This document shows, one piece after another, positions 23,171 through 32,616 of a DNA stretch of 38,198 nucleotides; within the stretch, counting starts at the first letter, position 1, and every line of letters begins with the position of its first letter. A model generated the notes under the pieces. That model did not search any database and was not told the origin of the DNA. It saw only the letters and a program-made list of their open reading frames with translations. Both the position numbers and the translations under genes were made by a program. Source of the stretch: Nitrospirales bacterium (GTDB lineage: Bacteria; Nitrospirota; Nitrospiria; Nitrospirales; UBA2166); assembly GCA_012965905.1 (NCBI GenBank), contig DTRN01000059.1:1-38198 (forward strand), in the 5' to 3' direction.

Positions 23171-23281
23171 AATCAGCGATTATGGGATGAAAGCGTGAGA
23201 GCGGCATCGGCGTTCAGTGGGCTCTGCTACTGTACTTAGGCGTCACCGCGGCGCAGATTTTACGTGGTCAGATCGTCGACA

Positions 23282-23527
23282 TCAGGCCGATTGGGGATCG
23301 CGTTTGCGTCTCTTGAAGAACCCCCAGCAGGAGCGACCGATTTGGGCAATAACGTAGACGGAGAGTCCAATGAGAAAGGTGTGGATGGCGGTGTGATTCC
23401 AATCCCAGGTGTCCGGGGAATGCAAAATCATACCCAGCGCGATGTGGGCTCCCGCGCCCATCGACACCGCAAAGATGATCCACTCGCGGAAGACTGTTTT
23501 CTTCTTTCCAGATTCGTCGATTGCCAT
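23282..23527 (-). CDS. small membrane protein (2-3 TM), unknown function, translationally coupled to gnd
   Basis: 81 aa. Hydrophobic segments WIIFAVSMGAGAHIALGMIL and AIHTFLIGLSVYVIAQI, with a basic tail. The ATG overlaps the gnd stop (TAATG). Confidence 0.6.
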   Translation of the reverse strand: MAIDESGKKKTVFREWIIFAVSMGAGAHIALGMILHSPDTWDWNHTAIHTFLIGLSVYVIAQIGRSCWGFFKRRKRDPQSA

Positions 23528-24510
23528 TAGCCGCCCGAAGCCCGTTCGACGTGGCCGCCGAATTTCTGTCGCATCGCAGAGAGAATTTTTTCTGAGAAGG
23601 TGTGTTCTTTGCGTGATCGGAAGCGGGCAAACAGCGACGCGGCGAGAACATCTGCCGGAACGGCTTCTTCAATCGCCGCGTTGATGGTCCATCTTCCTTC
23701 GCCGGAATCCTGCACGAAGCCGGTGTAGTTCGACAAATCCGGATTCTCGATCAGCGCCATCGCGGTCAGGTCTAACAGCCAGGAACTGACGACGCTGCCT
23801 CGCCGCCACACCTCCGCGATGTCGGCAAGATTCAGATCGAAGCGGCAGGCTTCGTCGACTTCTGTTGAGTTGGCATTGCGCATGATGTCAAAGCCCTCAC
23901 CATAGGCTTGCATGATGCCGTATTCAATGCCGTTGTGAACCATTTTCACGAAGTGGCCTGCGCCGGGAGGGCCACAATGGAGATACCCGTCTTCAGCGGT
24001 GCCGCCAACCTTTTCTCGTCCGGGCGTGCGTTCAATCTCTCCTCGCCCGGGGGCGAGGGTTTTGAAAATGGGGTCGAGGATGGTGAACGCGTCCTTGGAG
24101 GCGCCGATCATCATGCAATAGCCGCGATCGAGCCCCCACACACCGCCGCTGGTGCCGACATCAACGTAGTGGATGCCCTTTGCTTTCAGCGCATTGGCAC
24201 GCCGTACGTCGTCTTTGAACATGGAATTCCCACCATCGATAATGATATCGCCTTTTCCGAGCAACGAGCCCAGTTGTGTCACCACACCTTCGGTGATCTC
24301 GCCGGCGGGGAGCATGACCCATACGGCTTTGGGGCTTGAGAGTTTGCTGACCAGGTCTTCAACTGACGACGCACCGACGGCGCCCATGCCGGCATATTTT
24401 TTGACCGCATCTTCGTCCGTTGCGTAGACGACCATCTTGTGTCCATCGCGCATACAGCGTTCGGTCATGTTTCCACCCATGCGGCCAAGCCCAATCATGC
24501 CCAGTTGCAT
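23527..24510 (-). CDS. gnd: 6-phosphogluconate dehydrogenase (decarboxylating), short GntZ/YqeC-type
   Basis: The ATG at 24510 is preceded by [21 protein letters not shown] Rossmann motif, IIDGGNS, and [19 protein letters not shown]-type and HNGIEYG motifs. About 327 aa. Confidence 0.9.
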   Translation of the reverse strand: MQLGMIGLGRMGGNMTERCMRDGHKMVVYATDEDAVKKYAGMGAVGASSVEDLVSKLSSPKAVWVMLPAGEITEGVVTQLGSLLGKGDIIIDGGNSMFKDDVRRANALKAKGIHYVDVGTSGGVWGLDRGYCMMIGASKDAFTILDPIFKTLAPGRGEIERTPGREKVGGTAEDGYLHCGPPGAGHFVKMVHNGIEYGIMQAYGEGFDIMRNANSTEVDEACRFDLNLADIAEVWRRGSVVSSWLLDLTAMALIENPDLSNYTGFVQDSGEGRWTINAAIEEAVPADVLAASLFARFRSRKEHTFSEKILSAMRQKFGGHVERASGG

Positions 24511-24538
24511 TGTTGTTCTCCTTCCCTCCATAGGTCGA

Positions 24539-26251
24539 TTAGTTTAATGCTTCTTCGAAGGTGCGTTTTAGGGTCGCTAAACCTGCTGGCACGTCTTTGC
24601 CGAGGTGAACCCTCAGTGCGCGTCGGCCGCGTTCTGACAGGACTTGAAAATCTCCCCGCGCTTGCGCGGCTTTGACGGTGCCGAAGGTATAGGTCTGGTC
24701 GGGGACCTTGAGGTCATTGGCGTCATCACAGGTGACCTGCACAAACACCCCTGAGTTTGGACCTCCTTTATATAGTTGCCCGGTGGAATGAAGGAAGCGG
24801 GGTCCGTACTCCAGACAGGTGGCGACTTTTTTCGTGTCACGGATCAGGTGGCGAATAGTGTCGAGTGGTTTATGGTGTGTTTCGTTCATCTGGATATATG
24901 CCAGAAGACCGAAGTAGTCGCCTGCCTTGGTCGTACTCAGGTGCGCCTTGAGATATCCCAACAGGGTTTTGTCATTTCCCGCAATTTCTCCTAGGGCTTT
25001 GGCGTTGCGCGCGTCGGTAAAAACCTTGATCCCCGCATCTTCAAACACGGGCGTCTCTGGCGGCAACGATCCGGTCTTTTCGTATTCCGTCGTGAGAGCG
25101 CGGGTGGCGAGTTTGCTTGCTTCTACATCCGGCTGGTTAAACGCGTTGATGCCGAGAACGGCGCCAGCCACTGCCGTGGCCATTTCCCACCGGAACATTT
25201 CCGACCCGAGCTGATAGCGGTCATCGAGAGCAATGCGTACGATCGGATGTTCGGCGGCTTGCAATTGGTTGATGGCTGTGTCCAGTTGCGTATCTTTGTC
25301 GCCGGCGAGTGTGATGTACACGAAGAGTCGGTCGTTTCCATAGACGTTTGGAGGTCCGCACTGCTCCCGGTCGATAGGAATGGTTCCCTTGCCCTCTTTG
25401 CCTGTGGACTCGGCCAGCAACTGCTCTAACCATCCTCCAAAGGCACTGAGTGCAGGAGACGTCACAATCGTCAACTTGTCCCGTCCCGCGTTTGCACACA
25501 CGCCGATGATGGTGCCTAACATGACGGCTGGGTTGTACTTGGGGGCGATCGTGGGGCCGCACCGTTCCATCATGTTCTTCGCGTATGTGAGCAGCTTGCG
25601 AATGTCCATGCCCATGCCGGCAGCGGGAATCATGCCGAAATTGGACAATGCGGAATAGCGGCCGCCGATACTGGGGACGCCGTGAAAGATCACATCAAAC
25701 TGGTCTCGTTCTGCCACGGCTTGCATGTTCGATCCCGGATCTGTCACCGCGATGAAGTGCGTGCCAACGTTGTTGGGTTTGACCACGTGTTTGATACGAT
25801 CGAAGAAATACTGCTTCAGAATGTTCGGCTCTAACGTGGACCCGGATTTGCTCGCGACGATAACTTTCGTGTGTGCGAGATCGAGGGACGCTTCCACGGC
25901 TGCAATCTGACCCGGATCGGTGGAATCGAGTATGTGCAACTTTGGAGCCCCAGCCTTGGTGGAAAAGGTGCGTGTAAACACTTCCGGGCATAGGCTTGAT
26001 CCACCCATGCCGAGCAACAGGATGTGGGTGAATCCCGCCTGAGCAATGGCATGGCCGGCCTGTTCGAGGGTGTCGATATGTTCGAGCTGGTCGGTGACAA
26101 TATCGAGCCAGCCAAGCCAACTGCCTTCGTCCGTTCCCGTCCAGAGTGAGGGGTCTTTGGCCCATAGCTTTTCCACCTTCCTGTCTGTGATCCACGAGGC
26201 AAGCGATGTTTGTACGGCGGTCTCGAGTGTGTCTGGAAGGTGTACGTTCAT
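24539..26251 (-). CDS. pgi: glucose-6-phosphate isomerase (long PGI type, related to the PGI half of transaldolase-PGI fusions)
   Basis: 570 aa. N-terminus ...[26 protein letters not shown]-domain motifs [14 protein letters not shown] and [13 protein letters not shown]. ...[11 protein letters not shown]. Confidence 0.85.
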   Translation of the reverse strand: MNVHLPDTLETAVQTSLASWITDRKVEKLWAKDPSLWTGTDEGSWLGWLDIVTDQLEHIDTLEQAGHAIAQAGFTHILLLGMGGSSLCPEVFTRTFSTKAGAPKLHILDSTDPGQIAAVEASLDLAHTKVIVASKSGSTLEPNILKQYFFDRIKHVVKPNNVGTHFIAVTDPGSNMQAVAERDQFDVIFHGVPSIGGRYSALSNFGMIPAAGMGMDIRKLLTYAKNMMERCGPTIAPKYNPAVMLGTIIGVCANAGRDKLTIVTSPALSAFGGWLEQLLAESTGKEGKGTIPIDREQCGPPNVYGNDRLFVYITLAGDKDTQLDTAINQLQAAEHPIVRIALDDRYQLGSEMFRWEMATAVAGAVLGINAFNQPDVEASKLATRALTTEYEKTGSLPPETPVFEDAGIKVFTDARNAKALGEIAGNDKTLLGYLKAHLSTTKAGDYFGLLAYIQMNETHHKPLDTIRHLIRDTKKVATCLEYGPRFLHSTGQLYKGGPNSGVFVQVTCDDANDLKVPDQTYTFGTVKAAQARGDFQVLSERGRRALRVHLGKDVPAGLATLKRTFEEALN

Positions 26252-26255
26252 GGTC

Positions 26256-26714
26256 TTACCCCTTTGTGTGCTTCGCTTCGATTGCCATGACTTTGCCTAA
26301 GCGGCGCGCGTGGCGTTCTTCTGCGGTGTACCGTGCGGAAACAAAGGCTTGGGCGATTTCTCTGGCAGGCTCCTGGCCCAAAATGCGGGCTCCCATACAC
26401 AAGACGTTCATATCATCGTGCTCGACACCCTGATGTGCGGAATAGTGATCGTGACACAGTCCGGCACGAATGCCGGGAAACTTATTTGCCGCGACGGTGA
26501 CACCGACACCGCTGCCGCACAGGATAATGCCACGGTCCGCATTTCCGGATCGCACTGCCTCACACGCAGGTGTGGCGATGTCGGGATAATCAACTGGAGG
26601 ATCTGCGCTGTACGTACCGAGGTCGGTCACCTCGTGGCCAGCAGTCGTCAGATCTTCGACCAAAATGGCCTTGAGTGGAAAACCGGCATGGTCGGCGGCG
26701 ATCGCAATTTTCAA
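26256..26714 (-). CDS. rpiB: ribose-5-phosphate isomerase B
   Basis: (TTG)KIAIAADHAGFPLK ... GIILCGSGVGVTVAANKFPGIRAGLCHD ... NVLCMGARI matches the RpiB/LacAB family. 152 aa. The stop lies 4 nt before the pgi start. Confidence 0.9.
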   Translation of the reverse strand: MKIAIAADHAGFPLKAILVEDLTTAGHEVTDLGTYSADPPVDYPDIATPACEAVRSGNADRGIILCGSGVGVTVAANKFPGIRAGLCHDHYSAHQGVEHDDMNVLCMGARILGQEPAREIAQAFVSARYTAEERHARRLGKVMAIEAKHTKG

Positions 26715-26743
26715 CCCTGCACGTGCTCCTTCACAATAAGAGA

Positions 26744-27364
26744 TTAGGATTTTGGATTATAGACGGTTGTGTCTGGGAATGCAGCGACCCAGGCAAAACA
26801 GAAGGTGCGGCGTGCGGGAAGAGGGGTGAGGCGTGTGCCCTTCAGGGGGCCATCCGTTGCTTCTCCTGCCAGGTTCCATGTCGATCGCGTCTGGTGATCT
26901 TTAAACGCCTCTTGCTCAAGAAAAAAGGACAAGGTGGTGGACTCGGCAGTCGCATCAAATGCCGCGCCGGATGGACCCGCATTGTCTGAGAAGATCACGA
27001 CGAGCGTGCCGCCGACGGTGTCATTGACGATTTCGTGAAAATTAAAAATGCGAGTGGGGTAGGCGCGGGCATCACCGTTTTCCACAAAGCCCAAGACGAG
27101 ATCATCGTTCTTGAGCCATGACGCGTCTTGCGCCGTACCATACTGCGGGTTGGTCAGTGGGGGAATCCGATCCTTGAGTGATGCAATGAGTTCTGATGAT
27201 GCCTGAGTGAGCGGGATGACACCTCCAGGGAAGTCATCGCGGACGATATGGTCAAGCGGAACACTGTGAATGCCCATGTCCGTCGCAAAGGTTGGCGGAA
27301 CCTGGATGGTACAGATCACGACCAAAGTACAGGCGTACCGGCACATTGTGGGATAGATCATCAT
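26744..27364 (-). CDS. DUF3179 domain protein (secreted)
   Basis: Signal-like N-terminus. Core ...LVLGFVENGDARAYPTRIFNFHEIVNDTVGG ... TRSTWNLAGEATDGPLKGTRLTPLP fits the DUF3179 pattern (x-G-x-ARAYP...HE-vND). Confidence 0.75.
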   Translation of the reverse strand: MMIYPTMCRYACTLVVICTIQVPPTFATDMGIHSVPLDHIVRDDFPGGVIPLTQASSELIASLKDRIPPLTNPQYGTAQDASWLKNDDLVLGFVENGDARAYPTRIFNFHEIVNDTVGGTLVVIFSDNAGPSGAAFDATAESTTLSFFLEQEAFKDHQTRSTWNLAGEATDGPLKGTRLTPLPARRTFCFAWVAAFPDTTVYNPKS

Positions 27365-27477
27365 TCGCGTGGGTGTTCTCGTATGATACGATGCGAAATA
27401 TTACGCAAGCGTAACAGGAAGGCTTCGTTTCTATCAATATAATTGTGCTTCCCTCTGAACGTGTGAATTGAGACGCT

Positions 27478-28206
27478 ATGGGTCAGTATGTTCGGTCGCT
27501 GTTATTCGTGTTGGGTCAGGCACTCTCGACGCTCGTTTTTGCTCCATTCTGTCTCGTCGTATTCCCGCTACCATTCTTGTGGCGCTATCGGTTCTTTACC
27601 CAATGGAATCGCTTCAACCTGTGGTGGCTTGAGATGACGTGCGGAATCCATTATGAGGTGATTGGGAGAGAGAATATTCCAGCAACCAATGCGATTGTCT
27701 TGTGCAAGCATCAGTCAGCCTGGGAAACATTGGCCTTGCCGCTGTGTTTGCCACCTCTGGCGCTTGTGATCAAGCGAGAACTGTTGTGGATTCCTCTCTT
27801 CGGCTGGGGATTGGCTCTTCTCGAACCAATTGCCATCGATCGCCTAGCTTCCCGCAAGGCCATCTATCAGTTACTGGCCCAAGGACGTAAGCGGTTGGAG
27901 GCTGGTCGATGGGTTGTTGTGTTTCCGGAAGGCACACGCGTTGCGGTAGGCTCCAAGGGCACCTATGCGCTTGGAGGGGCATTGCTTGCCGAGCGAACGG
28001 GGTGTCCGGTGGTTCCGGTCGCTCATAACGCGGGGGAGTGTTGGCCTCGTCGTCAGTTCTTGAAACGCCCTGGGACGATCCAATTGACGTTCGGCCCGGT
28101 GATTGAATCAACGGGAAAGTCTGCCGCAGAAATTAACGCGTTGGCGGAATCGTGGATTGAAAAGACGGTTGGTGAAATGAGCCATCAAGGAGCCCTATGC
28201 TCGTAG
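27478..28206 (+). CDS. plsC: 1-acyl-sn-glycerol-3-phosphate acyltransferase
   Basis: N-terminal TM helix. Acyltransferase block I KHQSAWET (HX4D/E), block III VFPEGTR, and ...PVVPVAHNAG. 242 aa. Confidence 0.85.
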   Translation: MGQYVRSLLFVLGQALSTLVFAPFCLVVFPLPFLWRYRFFTQWNRFNLWWLEMTCGIHYEVIGRENIPATNAIVLCKHQSAWETLALPLCLPPLALVIKRELLWIPLFGWGLALLEPIAIDRLASRKAIYQLLAQGRKRLEAGRWVVVFPEGTRVAVGSKGTYALGGALLAERTGCPVVPVAHNAGECWPRRQFLKRPGTIQLTFGPVIESTGKSAAEINALAESWIEKTVGEMSHQGALCS

Positions 28207-28973
28207 ATACCCACACCCATATACATGACCCGCGTTTTGACGCCGATCGTGAGGCAGTCATTAAGCGTGCGCGCACGACCGGTGTTGACGTGATGATCAC
28301 GGTCGGCACGGATCTGGCCACCAGCCGCGCGGCCATCGCGCTTGCCAAACAACACTCATTCATTTACGCCACGGTGGGCGTCCATCCACATGAAGTGAAA
28401 GATCTGACCTCGGAGATATTGGCGGAGTTGCGCGTGTTGGCAGAACACCCTCGTGTTGTGGCCTATGGAGAAATTGGATTGGACTACTACTACGATCACT
28501 CACCGCGCGACATCCAGCGTGAGCGATTTAAAGATCAGCTCAGCATTGCGCGCACCTTGGATCTCCCGGTGGTCATTCATACCCGTGATGCTCAAGAAGA
28601 CACGCTCGCTATTCTCAAAGAGGACTGGAAGGACCGCCCTGGGGTCTTCCATTGCTTCACGGGAAATCCGGTCTATGCAACTCAGGCGTTGCAGCTCGGA
28701 TTCATGGTTTCATTTTCAGGCATTGTCACGTTTCCCAAGGCAACCGAGCTGCGGGAAGCGGTGAGAGTTGTTCCGCTTGATCGACTGCTCATCGAAACCG
28801 ATTGTCCATATTTGGCCCCGATTCCACATCGTGGAAAACGCAATGAGCCATCATATCTACCTGCTGTTGCGAAGACCATTGCGGCTGAAAAATCTCCCAC
28901 ATCGCTGGATGAGATAGCTCGAGTATCGTCAGACAATGCGAAACGACTGTTTGGCATTGCTGTGCAGGGGTGA
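28197..28973 (+). CDS. tatD: TatD-family metal-dependent hydrolase/DNase
   Basis: MLVDTHTHI... (HxH motif), GEIGLDYYY, VVIHTRDA, FHCFTG, LLIETDCPYLAP. Overlaps plsC by 10 nt. Confidence 0.9.
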   Translation: MLVDTHTHIHDPRFDADREAVIKRARTTGVDVMITVGTDLATSRAAIALAKQHSFIYATVGVHPHEVKDLTSEILAELRVLAEHPRVVAYGEIGLDYYYDHSPRDIQRERFKDQLSIARTLDLPVVIHTRDAQEDTLAILKEDWKDRPGVFHCFTGNPVYATQALQLGFMVSFSGIVTFPKATELREAVRVVPLDRLLIETDCPYLAPIPHRGKRNEPSYLPAVAKTIAAEKSPTSLDEIARVSSDNAKRLFGIAVQG

Positions 28974-29695
28974 CCATGCGCCGTAAATACTTGGCTTTTG
29001 ATATCGAAACGGCGAAGATCCTGCCAGAGGTCGCGGGCGATCTGTTGGCACATCGCCCTCTAGGCATCTGTTGTGCCGCAACGCTCGCAGCGGATGAAGA
29101 CGAACCTCAGCGGTTTTATTCCGTGGAATCTGATGGAACTCCCTCGCCACAGATGAATCGCGCGGATCTATCAACGTTTGTTGATTTTCTGATCGAAAAA
29201 ACGCAGGCCGGCTACACGATTGTCACACACAACGGATTAGGCTTTGACTTCGATGTTCTCGCGGAAGAGTCGAATCGGCTGGAGGATTGCAAGCAGCTTG
29301 CTCTGAGTCATGTTGACATGATGTTTCATCTCTTCTGCGCAAAGGGATTCGGGGTTGGCCTGAATGCCGCTGCAAAAGCCTTAGGCCTCAGCAAACCAGC
29401 TGATGTCGACGGATCAGTGGCGCCCCAACTCTGGAAGGACGGCGATTACCAAACTGTTCTCAATTACGTTGGCCAAGACTGTCGCCTCACAATGGAGGTT
29501 GCTGTGACGAGTGAAGATCAGTGTGCATTCCGGTGGATCACGCGAAAGGGATCAATTGCTAGATTCGACATTCCCTCTGGATGGCTCACCGTTCAAGAAG
29601 CGATAGGGCTACCGGATCCGGATACATCGTGGATGGATAATCCGTGGCCGCGATCGAAGTTTACGCGTTGGCTTGATCACGTGCAGCCTCTATAA
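28970..29695 (+). CDS. RNase H-fold DEDD-type 3'-5' exonuclease-like protein
   Basis: The GTG at 28970 overlaps the tatD stop (GTGA); the ATG at 28976 is an alternative start. Exo I LAFDIETA, Exo II IVTHNGLGFDFDVL, Exo III YVGQDCRLT. 241 aa. Confidence 0.7.
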   Translation: MTMRRKYLAFDIETAKILPEVAGDLLAHRPLGICCAATLAADEDEPQRFYSVESDGTPSPQMNRADLSTFVDFLIEKTQAGYTIVTHNGLGFDFDVLAEESNRLEDCKQLALSHVDMMFHLFCAKGFGVGLNAAAKALGLSKPADVDGSVAPQLWKDGDYQTVLNYVGQDCRLTMEVAVTSEDQCAFRWITRKGSIARFDIPSGWLTVQEAIGLPDPDTSWMDNPWPRSKFTRWLDHVQPL

Positions 29696-29701
29696 TTAGG
29701 G

Positions 29702-30238
29702 CTAGAATTGCTGCAAGCGGCGGTTCCGTAATCGTTCTTTCTTCGTAAGTTTTCTCGGGTTGCCTTTTTTCTTTCCGGTTGGTTTCCCGCCCCGGTGTGG
29801 CTCGGCAGGGGCGTTTAATGCGGCTTCATCTTTGATTTGGTGTCGTGTTGGGTTGCTTGATGTCTGGCGAAGGCGTTGTTCAAATTCTTGAGCACTAATG
29901 GTGAAGTTTCCCTGGTTGCGCGCGTAGTCGCTGATTTCGCGATCTGATGACACCACAACAGCAGTCGTCCCGTACTCGACGCAGAGTCGCTGGATGACTT
30001 GGTCGGCACGTTCGCCGAGTTTGGAAAAGATAACCGTAATGCCGGCTATGCTCTGCTGTCCCTCGCAGGGATCGCCAGACTTCCACCCGTCGAACACCAC
30101 TATGAGTTGATGGCGTCTTCGTGTCGCGTATCGTCCGAGTTCGTGAATGAGCTGTGTGCGCTCCTGCTCCATGTCAGCTCGGATCGGTCCGCGCACTCCG
30201 AGAAGATTATAACCGTCTATGATGAGTTTCTGTGACAC
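29702..30238 (-). CDS. YacP-like NYN/PIN-fold predicted RNase with a basic C-terminal tail
   Basis: (GTG)SQKLIIDGYNLLG ... LIVVFDG ... VVVSSDREI matches the YacP/NYN pattern. The tail is lysine/arginine-rich (GKPTGKKKGNPRKLTKKERLRNRR). Confidence 0.7.
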   Translation of the reverse strand: MSQKLIIDGYNLLGVRGPIRADMEQERTQLIHELGRYATRRRHQLIVVFDGWKSGDPCEGQQSIAGITVIFSKLGERADQVIQRLCVEYGTTAVVVSSDREISDYARNQGNFTISAQEFEQRLRQTSSNPTRHQIKDEAALNAPAEPHRGGKPTGKKKGNPRKLTKKERLRNRRLQQF

Positions 30239-30466
30239 GCCTTTGTAGGGTAGAGAGGCTAGATTTTTGTTGTCAAGGGCATGGTTTTTTCGTCAGAATC
30301 ATGACGACACCTCACTCTTCAGCTCGCCGCCATGAACGCAATCGCAGCGTCTGTGCGCTGGTTTTCTTCTTTGCTGACTTGACTTTTCTTGTTTGCTAGG
30401 CATAGATTATCTGGATTTTTGGCATTTTTCTGAACATCAAACGTAAAAGTCCATGATTACAATGGG

Positions 30467-31711
30467 TTGTATACTATCGTGAGTGCCAGAAGAGTGTTTT
30501 TGTTCGGGGGAGTCCTGGGGACAATGGTTGCGTTGTTTCTTTCCCTTCCTGGCCTTGGGTTCACCGATCTCGCCGGTACGACATCGCTCGTCACGAATAT
30601 CCGTGTCGGGCAATCACCAGACTATATTCGGGTGGTGTTCGACCTGGATCGCCAAGCTGTCTATGAACATCAGCGGGTCACGAACCCGAATCGCGCAACA
30701 ATCATGATTCGAGATGTCGTGCTTGGGCAGGATGCGCAACAGGCCATTGTCAATGGCGGCATTCCCTACCCGATGAGGATTTACTCGTGGAAGGGCGACT
30801 GGGTTCGTATCGATCTTGATCTTGACGTGATGGGAACATTTCGAATTCTTAATCTCGATAATCCCTATCGGCTTGTGGTCGATCTCTATGACGTGACTGA
30901 ACGGCGAGCATTGGGCGCCTCGAAATCACAGGCCTCACCCAAAGCGGATGCTTCCGCGCTTGATCCTGACCCTACACCTGTCCGGCTACTGACAGAAGAG
31001 GAACGTCGTGCTGATCGGGTCATTCGGACCATTGTGATCGATCCGGGTCATGGTGGAAAAGACGCCGGGGCCTCAGTTCGTAAAGCGAAGATCGAGGAAA
31101 AGGATCTGGTGCTTGATATTGCGCTCAGGCTCCGCCGTATTATGGTCAATCGGCACGATGCCACAGTTTATATGACACGGGAGACGGATGTCTTTGTTGA
31201 GTTAGAGGATCGAGTGGCATTCGCAAATGCCAAGAAGGCTGACTTGTTTGTCTCCATCCACGTCAACGCCCATTCCAGTTCGAAAATCGAAGGTTTGGAA
31301 GTATACATGTTTGGGGAGGCAGAAGATCAGCGCGCGTTGGAAGTGGCGGCCAGAGAGAATGGGACTTCGCTCGACGCGGCAGAGGACATTGATATTGTGT
31401 CGCTGATACTTGCCGAAAAGCGCTTGGAAAAGCAGATCAAGGATTCTCAAAACCTTGCATGGGCGACACGAACAGCGATGTCGAGACGTCTCGGGGCGAA
31501 GTATAATCTTGCTGATCTGGGGGTGAAGACCGCGCCCTTTTATGTGCTGCGATACACCGCGATGCCTGGTATCTTGGCTGAAGTAGCTTATTTGACGAAT
31601 TCAAAGGACCGAAAACGCCTTACGTCGTCGAAGTTCCGCCAGCAAGTAGCGGAGTCGATCTTTACCGGAATCTCGGAATATATCGAACTGCTGCACGTTG
31701 CCTCCGGTTAG
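30467..31711 (+). CDS. N-acetylmuramoyl-L-alanine amidase with an N-terminal AMIN domain (AmiC-like)
   Basis: AMIN-type segment (IRVGQSPDYIRVVFDLD ... YRLVVDLYD), a linker, then Amidase_3 motifs IVIDPGHGGKDAGA, ADLFVSIHVNA and GILAEVAYLTN. Non-ATG start (TTG at 30467 or GTG at 30479). Confidence 0.88.
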   Translation: MYTIVSARRVFLFGGVLGTMVALFLSLPGLGFTDLAGTTSLVTNIRVGQSPDYIRVVFDLDRQAVYEHQRVTNPNRATIMIRDVVLGQDAQQAIVNGGIPYPMRIYSWKGDWVRIDLDLDVMGTFRILNLDNPYRLVVDLYDVTERRALGASKSQASPKADASALDPDPTPVRLLTEEERRADRVIRTIVIDPGHGGKDAGASVRKAKIEEKDLVLDIALRLRRIMVNRHDATVYMTRETDVFVELEDRVAFANAKKADLFVSIHVNAHSSSKIEGLEVYMFGEAEDQRALEVAARENGTSLDAAEDIDIVSLILAEKRLEKQIKDSQNLAWATRTAMSRRLGAKYNLADLGVKTAPFYVLRYTAMPGILAEVAYLTNSKDRKRLTSSKFRQQVAESIFTGISEYIELLHVASG

Positions 31712-31826
31712 TGAAGGGGGCGGTTGAAAAAGTCTGGAAGAGGCGTTCTCGGCCCGTTGTCGTGCTCACGTACTCTGTGTACGCTCCGCGCGCCAACGAC
31801 CCTGCGGCCTTGCTGGACGAGCCTTT

Positions 31827-32609
31827 TTGAACAGCCACCGTTCATTCCATGAACAGCAGCAGATCCGGCTTGTCGTCGAGTACGATGGGACTCGGTATCA
31901 TGGCTGGCAAGCACAACCTCGTGTTCCCACCATTCAAGGAGTCATTGAAGACTCCCTTCAGCAAATCATTCAACAGCGCACGCTGGTGACAGCAGCAGGC
32001 CGCACGGATGCTGGCGTGCATGCCGTAGCTCAGGTCGCAAGTTTTCGCGTTGGTGCTGCACGCTCGCACCGCGATTGGCGGTATGTGTTAAATCGTCTGC
32101 TGCCATCTGATATTTCGGTCCGCTCTGCGGAACGTGTTGGTAACGATTTCCATCCTCGATTCTCTGCCAAGACCAAACGCTATGAGTATCGGATCCTTCA
32201 TCGACACGAACGCTCTGGTCTCGCGTGGAATCGAGCGTGGCATATTTGGCGGAATCTCTCTGTACAGGACATGCAAGAGGCGGCGAGGAAATTTTGTGGA
32301 ACGCACGACTTTACCTCGTTTCGTTGCATGCCCACTCAGACCCAAGACACGCTATGTACGGTGGTATGCTGTGAGGTCACTCACGACAATGCCGACATTG
32401 TGTTCACCGTTGAAGCGAATCGCTTCCTTAAGCAAATGGTTCGTGTGATGGCGGGTACCTGTGTCGATGTGGGAGCAGGAAAAATTCCGGCCTCATCGAT
32501 CTCCGATATCCTTGAGGCTAGGGATAGATGTCAGGCCGGCAGAACTGCTCCACCGCATGGGTTATACTTGATGAACGTGACATATGATGGATGGTGTTCG
32601 GGTGGGTAG
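31827..32609 (+). CDS. truA: tRNA pseudouridine(38-40) synthase
   Basis: IRLVVEYDGTRYHGWQAQ, GRTDAGVHA (catalytic Asp), TKRYEY, FLKQMVR. TTG start at 31827, with no in-frame ATG nearby. Confidence 0.88.
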   Translation: MNSHRSFHEQQQIRLVVEYDGTRYHGWQAQPRVPTIQGVIEDSLQQIIQQRTLVTAAGRTDAGVHAVAQVASFRVGAARSHRDWRYVLNRLLPSDISVRSAERVGNDFHPRFSAKTKRYEYRILHRHERSGLAWNRAWHIWRNLSVQDMQEAARKFCGTHDFTSFRCMPTQTQDTLCTVVCCEVTHDNADIVFTVEANRFLKQMVRVMAGTCVDVGAGKIPASSISDILEARDRCQAGRTAPPHGLYLMNVTYDGWCSGG

Positions 32610-32616
32610 GTTGGTA

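Noticed and set aside
25221-26202. Alternative-frame minus-strand ORFs inside pgi (25221..25562, 25695..26195, 25831..26202)
   Set aside because: These are out-of-frame overlaps of a well-supported 570-aa PGI gene. The products are Arg/Pro/His-rich low-complexity sequence, typical of off-frame GC-rich DNA.
30359-30374. TGG...TTGC sigma-54-like element upstream of the amidase gene
   Set aside because: The spacing is TGG-N9-TTGC, one nucleotide too long for a -24/-12 promoter. A sigma-70-like TTGACT-N18-TAGATT (30379-30408) is a more likely, though still weak, candidate.
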